Assembly (NCBI GenBank): GCA_030390025.1
Contig: CM059425.1
Span: 173,354,001 to 173,418,000, forward strand
Origin: Squalus acanthias
Taxonomy: Eukaryota
DNA length: 64,000 bases
Direction of reading: 5' to 3'
Made by a program: the position numbers and the translations under genes
The notes under the pieces: model-generated
Told to the model about the DNA's origin: nothing
Database searches by the model: none
The model's input: only the letters and a program-made list of their open reading frames with translations
Shown here: positions 61,361 through 64,000 of the stretch, piece after piece
Numbering within the stretch: the first letter of the stretch is position 1
Layout of the letters: every line of letters begins with the position of its first letter

Positions 61361-64000
61361 GAGTGCAGATCAGAACAGAGTGTTAAGCTGCGAGTTTGGT
61401 GAGTGAGGGAGTAAATCTTAAAGGTTAATCTCTTATTTTTATAAATTCTCGTCTTGTGTGCTTGCAATTTGCATTTAAATTTACTGTTTCAAGTTTTAAG
61501 TTTCTTCCAGGCTTGGGCAGGGCTAAGCAAGCTCTGTGCTGGAGAGCAGTGGGAGTAATTAATTAATTAAGTGGTCTAATCTGGTTCTGCAACTGCCAGA
61601 GAGCTCACTTATTTAAATCTCAGCAGTATAAATAGGGGAGGCTAGAGTGCAGTTTGTCATGGAGTGCAGATTGGAACAGATTGTTAAACTGTGAGATTGG
61701 TGAGGGAGGGAGTGCGGGGAGGGAGGTGTTCCTTTCTTTTTCCATCTTTGTCAGCTTCCAGGAGAGCAGGAGCTAAAAAGTTGCACAAGAGGGGACAGAG
61801 AACCAGCGGTGAGTATTTCTACAGTATTTCTACATTCCAGTCCTTAAAGTGAAAGTAAGGTCTCTAGTTTGGAGTAAGTAGTGTTTAAAGGGAAGTAAGT
61901 TCCCAAGTGTATTTAATGTTCTTTAATTTAAAGGGAGTAAATTAAGGGTAGGACATGGCAGGGCAGCTCGGCAGCGTGGAGTGCTCCTCCTGTGCTATGT
62001 TGGAAGTCCGGGACACTTTAGGTGTCCAGGGCGAACACATGTGCAGGAAGTGTCTCCAGCTGCAGCTACTCGAAATCCGCGTTTCGGAGCTGGAGCTGCG
62101 GCTGGAGTCACTGTGGAGCATCCGCGAAGCTGAGATCTTCGTGGATAGCACGGTTAACAAGGTGGTCACACCGCAGGTAAAGAGTGTACAGGCAGACAGG
62201 GAATGGGTGACCACCAGACAGAGTAAAAGAACTAGGAAGGTAGTGCAGAAATCCCCTGGGTCCATCTCCCTCTCCGACAGATTTTCCGTTTTGGATACTG
62301 ATGGGGGAGAGGGTTTCTCAGGGGAATGCAGCAAGAGCCAAGTCTGTGGCACTACGACTGGCTCAGCTGCACAGGAGGGGAGGAAAAAGAGTGGGAGAGC
62401 AATAGTGATAGGGGATTCTATCGTAAGCGGCACAGATAGACGTTTCTGTGGCCGCAGACGTGACTCCAGGATGGTATGTTGCCTCCCTGGTGCCAGGGTC
62501 AAGGATGTCACTGAACGGCTGCAGGGCATTCTGAAGGGGGAGGGCGAACAGTCAGAGGTTGTGGTTCACATTGGTACCAACGACATGGGTAGAAAGAAGG
62601 ATGAGGTCCTGCGACAAGAATTTAGGGAGCTAGGCAGCAGATTAAAAAGCAGGACCTCAAAGGTTGTAATCTCTGGATTACTCCCGGTGTCACGTGCTAG
62701 TGAGTATAGGAATAGGAGGATAGAGCAGATGAATGCGTGGCTAAAGAGTTGGTGCAGGTGGGAGGGCTTTAGTTTCCTGGATCACTGGGTCTGCTTCTGG
62801 GGAAGGTGGGACCTGTACAAGTCGGATGGGTTGCACCTGAACCGGAACGGGACCAACATCCTTGCGGGGAGGTTTCCTAGTACTGTTGCGGGGGGATTAA
62901 ACTAACTTGGCAGGGGGATGGGAAACGGAGTGGAGCTATAGTAGGGGGTGATGCACAACCAAATATAGAGGAACAAACAAGTAAGCCTGGAAGGCAGAGC
63001 AAATATGTAACAGCACAAAGGAGTATGGCAAGGCTGGATGGCATTTATTTTAATGCAAGGAGTCTTGCGAGTAAGGCAGATGAATTGAAGGTGTTGATGA
63101 ACACATGGGAGTATGATATTGTTGCTATCACAGAGACATGGTTGAGGGAGGGGCAGGACCGGCAGCTCAATATTCCGGGGTATAGAATCTTCAGGTGAGA
63201 CAGAGGGGGGTGTAAAAGAGGAGGGGGTGTCGCAATATTAATCAAGGAGCCAATTACTGCTGTAAGGAGGGATGATATCTTAACAGGTTCCTCAAATGAG
63301 GCCATATGGGTAGAACTTAAAAACAAAAAGGGGGCAAGCACTTTGCTGGGAGTGTACTATAGGCCCCCAAACAGTCAGGGGGAGATAGAGGAACAGATAT
63401 GTAGGCAAATCTCAGAGAAGTGTAGAAATAATAGGGTAATAATAGTAGGGGATTTCAACTTCCCCAATATTAACTGGGATAGTCAGAGTGTCAAAGGCTT
63501 AGAGGATGCGGAATTCTTAAAGTGCATCCAGGAGAGCTTTTTGAGCCAGCATGTAGAAAGTCTGACAAGAGAGGGGGCGGTACTGGACCTAATTCTAGGG
63601 AATGTAGCTAGGCAAGTGGTAGAAGTGTTACTAGGAGAGCATTTTGGTGACAGTGACCATAATTCGGTGAGATTTAAGGTAGTCATGGAAAAGGACAAAG
63701 ATGGACCGGAGATAAAGGTTCTAAATTGGGGGAAGGCCAATTTTAATATGATAAGGCAGGATCTGGCCAAAGTGGAATGGGGTCAGCTACTTGTAGGAAA
63801 ATCCACATCAGAGCAGTGGGAGTCTTTCAGAAAGGAAATAGAGAGAGTACAACGGCAACATGTTCCCGTAAAGGTCAAGGGTGGGACCAACAAGCCCAGG
63901 GAACCCTGGATGTCAACGGATATACGAGAATGGATTAGGAAAAAAAGGGAGGCTTTTGGCAGATACAAAGGACTAAAAACAGTGGAAGCCCTGGAGGAGT
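61361..64000 (+). mobile_element. CR1 LINE 5' half (runs off the window)
   Basis: 5' UTR, intact ORF1, and an endonuclease domain near-identical to 12125-13100. Confidence 0.93.
61955..62905 (+). CDS. CR1 ORF1p (zinc finger, leucine zipper, SGNH esterase), intact 316 aa
   Basis: CSSC...HMCRKC, VIGDS, HIGTND and DGLH motifs. Confidence 0.92.
   Translation: MAGQLGSVECSSCAMLEVRDTLGVQGEHMCRKCLQLQLLEIRVSELELRLESLWSIREAEIFVDSTVNKVVTPQVKSVQADREWVTTRQSKRTRKVVQKSPGSISLSDRFSVLDTDGGEGFSGECSKSQVCGTTTGSAAQEGRKKSGRAIVIGDSIVSGTDRRFCGRRRDSRMVCCLPGARVKDVTERLQGILKGEGEQSEVVVHIGTNDMGRKKDEVLRQEFRELGSRLKSRTSKVVISGLLPVSRASEYRNRRIEQMNAWLKSWCRWEGFSFLDHWVCFWGRWDLYKSDGLHLNRNGTNILAGRFPSTVAGGLN

Overview
Eukaryotic, not prokaryotic: a repeat-dense vertebrate region, almost certainly from a cartilaginous fish (HE1/V-SINE-like element, shark-type CR1 and Penelope families). 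Most of the window is nested mobile DNA: several CR1 LINEs (three with an esterase ORF1), Penelope-like GIY-YIG retroelements whose ends carry minimal hammerhead ribozymes, two apparently intact PIF/Harbinger transposons (DDE transposase plus a convergent 3-exon Myb/SANT gene), four decayed Harbinger derivatives, several MITEs, and a 1.37-kb solo LTR. Between the repeats, and missed by the ORF track, is a five-exon + strand gene (36522-46253). It has a TATA promoter and canonical splice sites, and encodes a 125-aa secreted protein whose sequence and exon layout resemble the short-chain cytokine TSLP (IL-7 family). This is the main finding. All calls were made by eye; no database searches were run.
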